From: Octopus vulgaris
Taxonomy: Eukaryota
DNA length: 64,000 nucleotides
Assembly (NCBI GenBank): GCA_951406725.2
Contig: OX597830.1
Location: 75,516,001-75,580,000, forward strand
Reading direction: 5' to 3'
Under the pieces are notes generated by a model. That model saw nothing but the letters and a program-made list of their open reading frames with translations, was not told the origin of the DNA and did not search any database. The position numbers were made by a program, and so were the translations under genes. Positions 1 to 13,114 of this stretch are shown here, one piece after another. How positions within the stretch are numbered: the stretch's first letter is position 1; every line of letters starts with the position of its first letter.

Positions 1-367
1 CAATAAATTCTTGAGAATACTAAGAGAATATAAAAGTTTCTGTTATAGGCACAAGGCCAGCAATATTGATGGGTGGGTAAATAGATGAAGCATAAAAATC
101 GAAAATCGATTGCTATTTTATTTTGTTGACCAAGATAGGGCATAAGACAAAGTTGATTTTTAACAAGGACTTAGTTTGTGTTTCTACATCCTCAACTCTT
201 AACTTGTGGGAAACCGTCACCTGGTGGGAATATTTAAGATTCTATGAGAAAATAGGGTTCCCTTATAGAAATTGTCCTTTTTAATTCTTTTATTTTGTAA
301 GGTTTATGTTCGCTTAATGTTAAATTAACGAATGTGAATGTTACGTTAATATCTGTCCATCCTCTAC

Positions 368-580
368 GGCGGTGTGCAGCAGACTCGTTATGGGGTCGGG
401 GAAAATGATTAGCGGCATTTCGCCGGTCTTCACGTTCTGGTTTCAAATGCTGTCGGTGTTGACATTGTCTTTCATCCTTTCGAGATCGATAAAATAAGCA
501 CCAGTTGAGCACTGGGGTCGATTTAATCGACATAGCCCCTCATCGAAATTACTAACTTTGTGCCACTATTTGAAACCAAT
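368..580 (+). mobile_element. tRNA-derived SINE, family B (Meta/MESC-like central domain), diverged
   Basis: Matches other copies in the window (TTCAAAT...GTCGACTTTGCCTTTCATCCTTTCGGGGTCGATAAA.TAAGTACCAG...TGGGGTCGAT). Confidence 0.75.
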
Positions 581-989
581 GTCTATCCATGTCCCCCTCT
601 GCCTACTACGTCCACTCCTATGAGGGTCATGGAAGTAGAGTGCTCAGACACCTCTCTCATACAGACACAATTTTCTTCTCTACTGGACCCGCTTTGGAGT
701 CCTGGGTCATGCATCTTTTGTGCTTGCACTCCACACCACCCAGAACAAGTTAGAGGCATATTACTGGAGATTTTAATATTATTTTCTAAAGGACACTCGT
801 CTTCCTAAGATTCGAACACGTCCTATGTTAACTGTGCGACGGATGATGCGGTATGGTTGTACCTTCGAATCCCTTTCATATTGCAGTTTTTGTACTTTTA
901 TTCCGACCAATCACCGAGCTGGTATTCATATTTGACCTGCAAAGTAATTAATAATAATGCTGTTTATATTATGTAATAAATGCAAGCCT

Positions 990-1193
990 GCCAGCGGGCA
1001 GATTCATTAGGGCGCCTGGCAAAATGATTTGAGCTATTTCGTTCGTCTATACGATCTGAGTTCAAATTCTGCCGAGATCCACCTTAGCTTTCGATTCGAT
1101 AAAATAAGGGTTCCATGTACTCAACTAGGTTCGATGTAATCAAGTAGCCCCTACTCCGAACGTGCTGGCATTGTGCCAAAGTTCGAAACCAAT
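990..1193 (+). mobile_element. SINE family B, diverged
   Basis: GAGTTCAAATTCTGCCGAG B-box region and 3' GTGCCAAA..CGAAACCAAT shared with the 368-580 copy. Confidence 0.7.
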
Positions 1194-1387
1194 ATTGTGA
1201 TATAAATGATGTTATATGAAGACTACTTAAAACAATGCTGTTAATGCTATGTAATAGTGTTGTTTACAACGTTACAGTGATTTATCACATAAGTGTGTTG
1301 GGAATCAGGTTGGTAAGCTGTTTAAGAGAAGCAGAATACAGAAAATTGATAAATACTATTGGAATAAACCAAGTTTTTTACAGCCAT

Positions 1388-1442
<55 letters not shown>

Positions 1443-2091
1443 TGTATTTATTTATTGTTTGCCGTGTATTCAACTACAAACAATTGTTTAGTAAGCAGTT
1501 CGTTTCCGAGACATGTATGTGTGTCTGTGTATGTATATAAGTGGATGTATCTGTATGTATGTGTGTGTCAGTACGAGTGTGCGTGCTTGCGTGTGTGCTT
1601 GCGTATGTGAGTGTATGTGTGTGTGTGTGTGTGTGTGTGCTACTGATAACATGAAACTCATTACAACCTGTTGCATGGTTGCTCTGACGTTAACATTACT
1701 GGCCACCCTAAGGTAGTTTTCATTGGACACAAAGCTGTCAATAAGTAGATGAAGTCAATCAAGTCAGCAGATATTTAGCGGCTGCAAGTGAGAGACTCCT
1801 AAACTTTGTTTAGTCATCTCTCTAGGACAAGGAAACTTCAAAATAACACTAAGTTTATTGCCATGCCGGTGATCTCGATGTTGTGCGTTTGCGGACTACT
1901 CGGTTTTGTAGGTGAGAACCTTAACTGTTTTGCGAAAGCTATGCTTGTATTCAAATTTCAGTATAGAAATTGCTAACAGTTATTGGTCTTTATCATGAAG
2001 AATGAGGCAATTTGCCAGTGATGGTGGTACTCGTCTAGAAGTTGGAAGCCACCATATATGTATGTATTTGTGCATGTATAAATGTATGTAA

Positions 2092-2548
2092 GAGAGAGCA
2101 GTGCATACCATCAAAGTGTCACTGGGGTAAAATATATGAAGCCCAGTACACCTATAATGATTACCCGTCTGATAAGGGTACACCATGCACATGCAGCAAA
2201 ACCATATGTGCTGTCCTCGAGACGTTGATTTCATATCAAGATAAACAGTGCATGACCTTGCTGGTGGGGCCCAGTTAGAATTTCCTTCAGGTCGAGTAAC
2301 AACACTGCTCAAAAGGTCCCTGAAAAAGGGTTGTCTAAGGATGTTGAACGAAACACCCATGTTTCCAGAGGTGAATTATCCAAATCCCAAACAATTCCTC
2401 TCAACACATGGCTTTGATGCTCCTCCACTAAATCTGCTCGTGATCAGAGATGCACATATTGTCCACCACTAAGGCACATGTTCAACTGGTTAAGGCCAAA
2501 TAATTGACAAGCAAATCTGTGGTCCTGAACAGAATATTTGCTTTAGCC
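2092..2548 (-). mobile_element. Unclassified interspersed repeat beside a (CATA)n tract
   Basis: A second diverged partial copy lies on + at about 27563-27700 (GCAAATATTCT.CTCAATACCACAGATTTGCTTGTCA). Abuts (TATG)n at 2551-2662; strand is inferred. Confidence 0.55.
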
Positions 2549-2550
2549 CC

Positions 2551-2662
2551 TATGTATGTATGTATGTATGTATGTATGTATGTATGTATGTATGTATGTA
2601 TGTATGTATGTATGTATGTATGTATGTATGTATGTATGTATGTATGTATGTATGTATGTATG
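2551..2662. repeat. (TATG)n microsatellite
   Basis: Direct reading. Confidence 0.95.
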
Positions 2663-3154
2663 TTTAAGAGACAAACTTAGAGTTGTGACAGAATAATAAT
2701 ATGGCTAGATTAAATAATTACCTTAGTATTTTGAGTACGTTTGACTTTTTCAGATGTACTGAAATGTGCATATACACACGTACACAATTGCACACATGCA
2801 CACATATATATACATCTATATATATGTGTGTGTGTTTGTGTGTATACATATACAACTATATACAGCTATACATATGCATATATGCATATATATGTATGTG
2901 AACATATATATATATATATATAAATGCATGTGTGTGTCTATATATATATATACGCATATATATTTAGACACACATGTACAACATGCATATGTGTATATAT
3001 GTATAATATATATTTGTGTGTGGCTTAATGATAGGAATCTCAAATATTATACGCAGACAAATCTAAAAGATATGACTTATATTTTAACGGTTTTTTCTTC
3101 GTCTTTTTTTCTTCGTCTCTGTCTATGTCTCGGCTTCTCTTTCTTTTCCTCTCC

Positions 3155-3207
<53 letters not shown>

Positions 3208-3312
3208 GCACTAACAATAATTATAGAATGGGAGAGCGTAGAAAAATAAGAGCATCATCAAAAACAACAGCAACCACAGTAACAAACAACCAATGCAACT
3301 GCTGTGGCAACT

Positions 3313-3383
3313 GCTACTACTACTACTAATAATAATAATAATAATGGTAATAATAATAAAAATAAAAATAATAATAACAACCG

Positions 3384-3459
<76 letters not shown>

Positions 3460-3495
3460 GATCTTGATAATAATAATGATGATAATAATAATAAT
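3313..3495. repeat. Compound (CTA)n/(TAA)n/(GAT)n microsatellite
   Basis: Direct reading; source of spurious poly-D/M/I ORFs. Confidence 0.95.
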
Positions 3496-3779
3496 CGTAC
3501 TATTAATACTATTGCCGCTAGTACTGTGGGAAGAGAGGAGACATAATGAAGTGAAAGAGGCGGAAGTGGAAGAAAAGCGAGGTGTTATATAAACAAAGAA
3601 ATATAAACATTTATGCATCATTTAATAATCCACAATATCAGATTTTGTTTGCTTTTGTGAGTCCCCCCCGTCTCTCTCTCACTCTCTCTTTATATATATA
3701 TGTGTGTGTGTGTGTGTGTTTATGTATACACCTGCATATGTGTTCGTACATATATACACATACATATACAAATACATAG

Positions 3780-3864
<85 letters not shown>

Positions 3865-4007
3865 CAAATATATATATATGTACATAAACACACACGTGTG
3901 CGTATGTATGCGTGTGTAAAAAAGAGCACAGACTTTTTACTCACACACAAACTAATGCAATCAAAATCACATGTGGCAGTCCGATGTCTGCCAATGCATC
4001 GTATGTA

Positions 4008-4062
<55 letters not shown>

Positions 4063-4069
4063 CATACAC

Positions 4070-4121
<52 letters not shown>

Positions 4122-4178
4122 ATATAAACATGTGAACAAGTATATGTATGTAGACGTGCATGCATATACATTCATAAA

Positions 4179-4239
<61 letters not shown>

Positions 4240-4527
4240 ATAAATGATATCCATATTTATATCTCTATGTCCACACATACAAACAAAGACACATACGAAT
4301 ACACATATTCTTTACTAATGACTAAGAGACGAGTGTGTGTACGTTGTTATAGTATGTGCGGAAATCAGTGAAAGCATAATTCTTTTAGCATTGAAGATGA
4401 AGCAGCTGTTCCTCTAAGTCAGACCACACATATGTCTGTACAACAGCGCTAAGCGTTCTAGAAAAGTAGCTATAAATATTTAAACACAGGCATTCGCCCT
4501 CAATTACAAACATATACGCATGCATAC

Positions 4528-4562
<35 letters not shown>

Positions 4563-4606
4563 TATATATATATATACATATATACATAAGCCGAATAATA
4601 ACAGTG

Positions 4607-4940
4607 GGATAGTGATTCAATCACTACCATTGTATCAGACGTGTTTTTATTAATGAATTCAGCTATTATATCACGTGAAAAAAAAACCCGTTTCGTCAGG
4701 TGGATATGTGCACGAATTAAACATTTTAAAGAAACATTTCAACGAATTCAAGTATGTGCTATTTCCGGATTCCCTTACGATCTTCTTGATTCCCTTGCGA
4801 TTAACAAGGGTATCACGAAATGCCTCATACTTGAATTCATTCGAATGTATTTGTTAATGTTTAATTTGTGCATATATTCAGCCATTGAATAAAATTTTAA
4901 AAACACGTCTGAAACAGCTGTAGTGAGTGAACCACAATCC
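4607..4940 (+). mobile_element. Old fold-back element with the 3' half of a hammerhead ribozyme (Penelope-like remnant)
   Basis: 4607-4650 is a diverged reverse complement of 4898-4940, and 4706-4765 of 4818-4877. GAAAC-AGCT-GTA at 4911-4922 (palindrome ACAGCTGT); no CTGANGA found. Confidence 0.6.
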
Positions 4941-5342
4941 ATCTGATGTAATTGGAACCTACAATGAGCGTGCATTTGGAGTCTCTTGAGTGAAGTACAA
5001 TTGGTGTATTGCTTGTACCTAGGTACAGTTTTGAGAACGTGGTATATTCTGTCGGACGCTTGTGATCGTACATGCAACAGGCATGTGAATCCCTCTTTAC
5101 TTCGATATGCACTTATATATTCCTCTAATGTTGTTTTGTAAGTGATAGCTTTCTCATTGGCCCGACCTGGGTGCTTTACTGTTTGAGGATATGATAGGCT
5201 GGAATCCTGAATTGATTATATATATTTCACCAGGTGGTGCTATTAAGTTAGACATGGCCTGGGCCAATAATGGCCGAAACCTATCAAAGTATATGCATAT
5301 GTGTATGGTGTGTGTATGTATGTGTGTGTGTATGTATGTGTG

Positions 5343-5422
<80 letters not shown>

Positions 5423-5465
5423 AAACAACAAAATTATCTCATTGTCATACTTCCCTTCCTCCCAA

Positions 5466-5508
<43 letters not shown>

Positions 5509-6096
5509 CAGCCTAGAGTAAGCCTGAAAAACAATGGGCTTTGTTTGGCTATAGAATATTTCATAAATTCAGAAACTTTTGTATAATGCACTAACTATAA
5601 GATGAATGATATCATGGATCAATAAGAAGATTCGGTATTTGTTTTCATTTTATCGCCTGTATTTTTGTTAAAATTTTGTATGGAACGCAGCATTTCCAAG
5701 AAGAAGAATATTGTAATGTCGAAGAGTCATGTGCATAGCAGAGCAGGTGAGAATAATCTTAGGTAGGTATGTATATATACACACGCACATACACGCGAGC
5801 ATACGTACACACACAGACACATACATGTATATGTATTTTTGTGTAAGAAACTGAAGCAGTATCAAATTGATATTCTAAAACAATTTTGAGGTTAATACTG
5901 CTTCAATTGCACATACCAGAATATTTATTCACCACAGCAGCAATTCGCAAAACAAGTGAATATTAATTATTTGTGTCGCATTTCTGTGTCAGGGGAATTT
6001 CTTACAATTACAATATGTAGTAGAGCGTCGAATTCGCAACAAAAAACAATTTGATTCGCGTATTGTATCCTGCCATAGTCATGTATGCCTGTCATA

Positions 6097-6148
6097 CTCT
6101 ATTCTTTTACTTGTTTCAGTCATTTCACTGCGGTTATGTTGGAGCACT
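6097..6148 (-). mobile_element. 3' tail of SINE family A / CR1-group LINE fused to the U6 copy
   Basis: Minus strand GTGCTCCAACATAACCGCAGTGAAATGACTGAAACAAGTAAAAGAATAG matches the tail at 62275-62320. Confidence 0.85.
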
Positions 6149-6153
6149 TCCTC

Positions 6154-6263
6154 AAAAAATATATAGAATGCTTCACGAATTTGCTTGTACTCCTTGCGCA
6201 GTGACCGTGCTAATCTTCTCTGTATCGCTCCAATATAAGAATATGTACTGCCGTAGCCAGTAC
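6154..6263 (-). pseudogene. U6: U6 snRNA full-length retro-pseudogene
   Basis: Minus strand reads GTACTGGCTACGGCAGTACATAT...GATACAGAGAAGATTAGCA...CTGCGCAAGGA...GCAAATTCGTGAAGCATTC.ATATATTTTTT. ACAGAGA box and AGC triad are intact, with many substitutions elsewhere including the internal stem-loop. Confidence 0.92.
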
Positions 6264-6357
6264 TGTGTGGGTCCATTAAATAATTACTAGGGAAATTATT
6301 AGGTAGTTCGTACCTACTATGCCCATAAATATTATGGTCTTGTACTTAGTTTAAATT

Positions 6358-6610
6358 GGAGGCGCGTGGCTTAGTGTTTAGAGTGTCAGCATCATGATCG
6401 TAAGATTCTGGTTTCGATTCCTGGACTGGGCGACGCGCTGTGTTCTTGAGCAAAACACTTCATTTCATGATCATCCAGTCCACTCAGCTGGCAAAAATGA
6501 GTAACGCTGCGATGGACTGACGTCCCGTCCAGCTGGGGAACACATATGCCATTGTAATAGGGAAATCGGGCCCATGAGTCTGGCTAGGCTTTGAAAAAAG
6601 GACGCATTTA
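6358..6610 (+). mobile_element. tRNA-derived CORE-type SINE with (TTTA)n tail
   Basis: A box TGGCTTAGTG, B box GGTTTCGATTCC, CORE-like TGTGTTCTTGAGCAAAACACTT, then GCGATGGACTG.CGTCCCGTCCAG; ends in (TTTA)n. Confidence 0.8.
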
Positions 6611-6769
6611 TTTATTTATTTATTTATTTATCTATTTATTTATTTATTTACTTAGTTCAAAAGTCCTCATCATACAAACATTTAAATGTTTCCTTCTAGA
6701 GCATCGAAAACAACAAATGAAAAATTATTTTAAATTAATCGTGTTTGAAAATAAAATTTTTCTCAACCT

Positions 6770-7050
6770 TTTGAGTTGATTTGATGAACGGAAACTGAAA
6801 GAAGCCTGTCAAAAAATACATGTGTGTGTTTGTATGTGTCTCTTTGTGTCGGTCTTCGTCCTCCACCACCACTTAGCAATTGGTAGTTGTGTTTTTCTGT
6901 CCTCGTAATCTAGCGCTTTAGCAAAAAGATACAAGAACTAGGTTTTAACGTAAGTACTGGGGTTGATTCATTTGGCTAATAGGGTTCTCCTAGGTGCTTA
7001 GCCAGCATGGCCGAAGTCTAATGACTGAAACAAGTAATAGATAAAAAGAA
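6770..7050 (+). mobile_element. SINE family A, 5'-truncated, diverged
   Basis: GGAAACTGAAAGAAGCC...CAGCATGGCCG.AGTC.AATGACTGAAACAAGTAA. Confidence 0.75.
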
Positions 7051-7666
7051 AATGACTTAAAATTAGATGACATCAAATTTCCATATATTTATAAATTATT
7101 TCAGAAATATATCTTGAAGAACACGTCACTCGACCACTTACGTACTCGTTTCTTATGCGTTCGATTAATGTGTTATCACTTAATCCGCCATATCCTAAAC
7201 CCGCCGTATCCTAAATGTGCAACCACAATACTTATACACGACCACACTTGATCATACTCACTCTAATATACACAAAGAAACTCACACATCAATTTCACTT
7301 GCCAATGTTTCAAGCCTGATGAAATGTTCTGGTTTCACGCTCTTGTAATTTAATTACATTTATAAGCAAATAAATATTCATGCTATGGAACGCAGAAACA
7401 CAACATATGTGAGATTAAAATTGTAAGCAGGGTTATAGTCATAAGTTTAATAAACACATATCCAGTCTGTATCTGAAAAGGCACAGTCAACTGACAGATA
7501 TTTTTGTCAAACGACAGATTATTAAAAAATCCGGGCAAGAACAGAGTATGAACTAGTGGCGCTTTTCAGGTTATTTTTACCGATATCGGACGCTGCGTTC
7601 TTATCAGAATCATCATTAACGCCATCGACTCGACCTTCACCAACGGTAGCAAAAATAACGAACTCA

Positions 7667-7682
7667 GTCGTTGTCGTTGTTG

Positions 7683-7764
<82 letters not shown>

Positions 7765-7916
7765 CATCCTCATCCTCCTCCTCCTCCTCCTCATCATCAT
7801 CTTTATAGCCATCACCGTATCATCATAACCACCACAATCATTATTACCATAATGGCTGCCAGTACCGTCGTCATCATCATCATCATGATCAACATCATCA
7901 TGTATCATCATCATCG

Positions 7917-7961
<45 letters not shown>

Positions 7962-8084
7962 CAATCCCTACTACTAGAAACACCATAGGCACCACCACCG
8001 ACAAAACCACTACTAACCACCACCTCCCATAACACCCTCTTCATAATCATCGTCGTTGTCATGCTCATCATCATTAGTGTCATT

Positions 8085-8126
<42 letters not shown>

Positions 8127-8336
8127 TATGCTGTCATCATAGTCTTTACTGTTACTGTCGTTATCGCCTTCCTTTTCGTCCTACTTACCATCATCATCAT
8201 CATCAATAAACCTATCATCTTTACTACCATCATTAACATCGATGCCTTCATGTTCAGCATGAATCTCATCATCATCATCGTCGTCGTCGTTGTCGTCGTC
8301 GTCATCGTCGTAGTCATCATCATCAGCATCATCATT

Positions 8337-8391
<55 letters not shown>

Positions 8392-8580
8392 CCATCATCA
8401 TCATATCATGTCATCACCATCATCGTTGTCATCATCATCATCATCGTCGACGTCGTCATCATCGTCGTCGTCATCATCATCATCATCATCAACATCATCA
8501 TCATCATCATCCTCATCATCAACATCATCATCATCAATATCATCATCATACCACATCATCATCATCATCATCGTTGTCAT
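7667..8580. repeat. About 900-bp degenerate (ATC)n/(GTC)n trinucleotide field
   Basis: Direct reading. Confidence 0.95.
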
Positions 8581-9155
8581 CCTTTATAGCTGAAATTTTT
8601 CTTCACTATTTTAGTCCGTTTTCTTTTTCGTTTTGTTTTTCTTCTTTCTGTTTCCTCCTTCTGTTTTTCTTTTATTTTTTTTCTTCAGTAGGGCTTGCAA
8701 TCATTACTTTGATTCTGTTTCATTCTGATGTTGACATGTCAAGGGAGGTCATGGAGATATTTTACAGAATTCATCTGATTGGTCGACATTTGAAATATTT
8801 TTATCTTTTTTCTGTTTCTTAAAATTTTTTTACTGTTATTCTTATTTATCTTATTTTTCTGTTCTTTCATTGTTTTTTTGCGAGGTTGTTTTCTTTTTAC
8901 GTTTCGCATGTATTTTATTTATTTATTTATTCATTCATTCATTTGTCTTTTTCTTTTTTTTTTCTTCTTTTTTTGCTTTGCTGTATAGCTAGCAAGCATT
9001 GCGAGGAATGATGACATCTGCGTAGGTCAACTTTTAAAAACTCGTCCGAGCGTATCCTGACAATGAAGGCAGATAGAAACTGTCATGATAGCAATTAATT
9101 CGCAAAAAAATATATAATAATAATAGTAATAATAATAATAATAACAACAACATCA

Positions 9156-9224
<69 letters not shown>

Positions 9225-9854
9225 GAATATCTTCGTAGTCGCAGCCGAGCATGTGAGAAAGAAGCGAATCTTTGCAGTGGCTATTTGCAAATTAATTCCA
9301 AAGAATAACAACAACAACAGCAACAACAACAACAACAACAAAAATACAACAAGCTGTTTCAACTGCTGCATTGACATCAAGGAAAAAAAGAACAAAAAAA
9401 ACAAAAAACATGTAGTCGACTTCACAGCAGCTGAATAAAATATAGAACAACAGGAAAACCTGGTTGTAAGAACATCCGTAGATATTACAACAGTTTGTAG
9501 CGTTGAGTAAAATGGTTTGCAGGTGTTGTTGTTGTTGTTGTTGTTGTTGCTGTGGTAGTTGTTGTTTTTTCTGGTTGTTGTCGTTGTTGTTGTTCCTGTT
9601 GCAGTTGTATGATTCCGACGTCATTCTTGTAGCAGATCTATATTCAAACGTTTCTCTCTTAGCCCCGACGAGTCACGGTTCTCCTCAAACTCAGTGTGTG
9701 CATGTGTGTTTGCATTTATGTGTGTGTGTGTATGTGTGTGTGCGTGTGTGTGCATATGTACGTGCGTGTGTATACGTACATACATACATACATACATACA
9801 TACATACTTACCTACCTACATACATACACACATACATATATATTCTTTTATTCG

Positions 9855-10090
9855 TTTACTCGTTTCAGTTACCTGACTGCGGCCATGCTAGAGCACCGCC
9901 TTTAGTCGCGCAAATCTACCCGAGGACTTATTCTTTGTAAGCCTAGTACTTATTCTATCGGTTTCTTTTGCCGAACAGCTAAGTTACTGAGACGTAAATA
10001 CACCATTATCGTATGTCAAGCGATGGATGTTGGGGGACAAGCACGCACACACACATATATACATACATACATATATATATATATGCACAC

Positions 10091-10176
<86 letters not shown>

Positions 10177-10332
10177 GACGGGCTTCTTTTAGTTTCCGTC
10201 AATCAAATCCACTTACAATGCTTTGATAGGCCCGAAGCTATAGCAGAAGACACTTAACTAAGTTTCCACGCAGTGAGACTGAACCCGGAACCATGTGGTC
10301 GGTAAGCAAGCTACTTACCACACTGTCACTCC
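9855..10332 (-). mobile_element. SINE family A, near full length, with internal (CA)n(TA)n
   Basis: Reverse complement of the 61945-62320 copy. Confidence 0.9.
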
Positions 10333-10682
10333 ATATATACATACACATGTTTGCTTCTCAAACAGATGATTCCGGGTTCAGTCGACAACGTGGTAGCTTG
10401 AGCAAATCTATTCTACTATAGCCTCGGGCCGATCAAACACCTGTAAGTGGATTTGGTAGACGAATATGTGTGTGTATGAGTGCGTGTGTGCATATGTATG
10501 TGCATGTGCGAGTGCGTGTGCGTGTGTGTGTGTGTGTATACATATACATGTTTAGTTTCCAGCCACGTGGTTCCGGGTTCAGTCGTATAACGTGGTACCT
10601 TGAGCAAGTAACTTCTACCATACCCTCGGGCCAATCAAGCCCTTATAAATGGATTTGGTAGTCGAAGCTGAAAATATACACG

Positions 10683-10729
<47 letters not shown>

Positions 10730-11155
10730 TGTCTGTCTGTGTCTGTACGTGTGTCTGCGTCTGCTTGTGTGTGTGTGTTCTTAATTATAGCTAAAGTTGG
10801 TGGAACTTATGAATTCAAAAGTTTTCATTGGTGCCTTTCATTTGTTGGGGTGACATTTTCCTGAGGTCAAATCTTTCTTGAAATCTATATACTTCATAAT
10901 ACAGAGGATGTTAATAATATTAAGGTTCAAATAAATTTGTTATATTTTTATTAACAAGTTGTTATGTGCCATGCTGCTCCTTTAGGTAAATGATCGAACG
11001 GAACATGTGGGGATATTCAACATGGGCAATAACTTGTCCTTCATGTCATAATACCTTGGCACGGACTCCCTAGAGCATCCTATGCTGGAGAGCTTAATAG
11101 ATGCAGCAGAAGAAAATGCGGATCCACAGAAAAGAATAGTACAACTCAGATAGTA

Positions 11156-12025
11156 TGAGGTGGTACCAAAAATTTCCCGGACTAGTTCTGTAGCGCTCCA
11201 ACAGTCGGTAACACACGGTTTCATTCGCAGTGAGAGCTAGAAGTGATCTTCATGAGGCAGAGTGTCAACTGATATACTCCGCAAGTTGTAAAATTTGTGT
11301 TTTTGTGATCCCATGTATGCTATAGTTTGCGATTTTTTCATGGACAGTAATGAAGAGCAAACGTGAAATTTTGCGGTAGACTCAGCAAGTCTGCTACAGA
11401 GTCTTTGGGGCTTACTTCGGCAGGCTTACGTCGAGGTGGCAATGGATCGTACGAAATGCTTCGTGTGGCAAGGACGCTTTAAATGTGGAAGAACGTCTCT
11501 GGAAAACGATTAGCTATCAGGAAGACCTGCTAGGAGCGTCACTCCTGGAAATGTGGTATTCTGCAATGTAGAATTAGTAGATCGTCAATCGTGTGTTCTA
11601 CTGCGACGTTTTGAAACGTCTGAGGGAGGACATTCGGTGAAAATGACCAGATCTTTGGACCTCCAAGAATTGGATTATTCACAACGCCAATGCAAACTAT
11701 CACCGACCTCTCCTCACTCGTGAGATTCCCGCCAAAAACAATATGGTATCGCTTCTGTATTCGCTCTATTCGCCAGATTTACTACCGAAATCTCTACTCC
11801 AAGGTGAAAATGCAGCTCAAAGGTCACCGTTTTAGCACTGCTATCGAGATTCAGAATGATTCGCAGAAGATCTCAACTCGCTTGCGGAAAACGACTTCCA
11901 GGCCGGATTCCAAAAGTGGCAGGAACGCTGTGATCGGTGTATTTCTACGCAAGGTGAATATTTCGAAGGTGATGATATTTTTTTTTATTGCGTATGTAGT
12001 CTAGGAACCTTTTGATACCACCTCG
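11156..12025 (+). mobile_element. Mariner DNA transposon, internally deleted transposase pseudogene
   Basis: TIRs TA|TGAGGTGGTACCAAAAATTTCCCGGACTA and TAGTCTAGGAACCTTTTGATACCACCTCG|TA with TA TSD. Disrupted N-terminal motifs (NVKFC..L.KSATE; W..RFK.GRTSLEND..SGRP) and C-terminal motifs (YSPDL; KMQLKGHRF; FQKWQERC.RCI..QGEYFEGD). Confidence 0.92.
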
Positions 12026-12481
12026 TACTTGGACAGCCCACAGATGCAGCTCGTGTAGCAGAGACTGTTATATGCGCATTGAACTGTTCAGAGATTGTAA
12101 ATGCTGCTCGAGTGGAGCGAGCGACTAGGACCTACTATATTAACTCCATCATAGTTATACAACGACGTAATTAAGGCCGTAGAGTGACCTTTCTGCTGCT
12201 AAGGATCAACAATTATTGTCGGTAGAGATTGGCAAGCAGAGACGGGAACCTAGTACACGGAAACTATATTAGAGCGCAGTGGCTGCAATCGTGAGTGTTT
12301 GGGTGTAAAACACACAAACACACGCTAACTTAATTGCAGATTTATAAACTAGGCTTTTAATGTTTAAAAGACAGATCAATCATATAATAAACATCTTAAA
12401 TGTTGTATATTTGTATATTACAATGTAGCGAATAAAATGAGGTAAGACGGTACACATGTGTATACATGTGTATACATGTAT

Positions 12482-12716
12482 GACATAGAATTCAATTAAC
12501 TTAGAACAGATGAATATATTAGTATAATTATACCTAAAATCTCCAAGAAGTTAAGGAGATAGACAAAGAACATGCTGTCTCAACTCTAAGTTTAGAAGTA
12601 ACTTCTAAACTGGAGTTGAACAGCATGTTCTTTGTCTATCTCCTTAACTTCTTGGAGATTTTAGGTATAATTATACTAATATATTCATCTGTTCTAATTT
12701 AATTAAATTCTATATC
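12482..12716. repeat. Long near-perfect palindrome (about 115-bp arms, 1-nt centre at 12600)
   Basis: TTAGAACAGATGAATATATTAG...GTTTAGAAGT-A-ACTTCTAAAC...CTAATATATTCATCTGTTCTAA. Confidence 0.97.
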
Positions 12717-12720
12717 TTTG

Positions 12721-12807
12721 TGCAGCTGAAGATTGCTCTGCATTTTAAATTGATGTAATGATTGCATTGTTCAGTTAAATGGAGTTGCATGAAACGATCG
12801 TACTGCA
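12721..12807 (+). ncRNA. Type I hammerhead ribozyme with long stem II
   Basis: Stem I TGCAG/CTGCA; CTGAAGA 12726-12732; stem II TGC...GCA closing a long hairpin; GAAAC 12791-12795; palindromic ACGATCGT; GUA cleavage triplet 12800-12802. Confidence 0.85.
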
Positions 12808-12925
12808 TTACCTCAGCTGTCCTTGCTGCTTATTTTGATCCTAATCACCTTTGAAATTGTATGGATAGTACCGTACTAAATTCCGGTGCCTCAACATAAG
12901 TACCATATTCATCTGAATACATATA

Positions 12926-12968
<43 letters not shown>

Positions 12969-13114
12969 TGCAAAATGTACCCATCGTTGCTAAATGTATG
13001 CAAAAGTCAAAAAAATAAGCCTCTAGAAGGACTGAAAATCCACAACTATGTTGCCAATGTTTGGAACAATTCATCGATCGCTTTATTCGAGAGAGGATGT
13101 GTGCATGTATCTTT

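Noticed and set aside
6154-6263. Functional U6 gene
   Set aside because: Many substitutions including the internal stem-loop, no clear upstream TATA/PSE, and a retroposon tail attached.
7522-8010. 162-aa minus-strand ORF with a unique-looking C-terminus
   Set aside because: Mostly (GAT)n-derived; the unique part has no recognisable motif.
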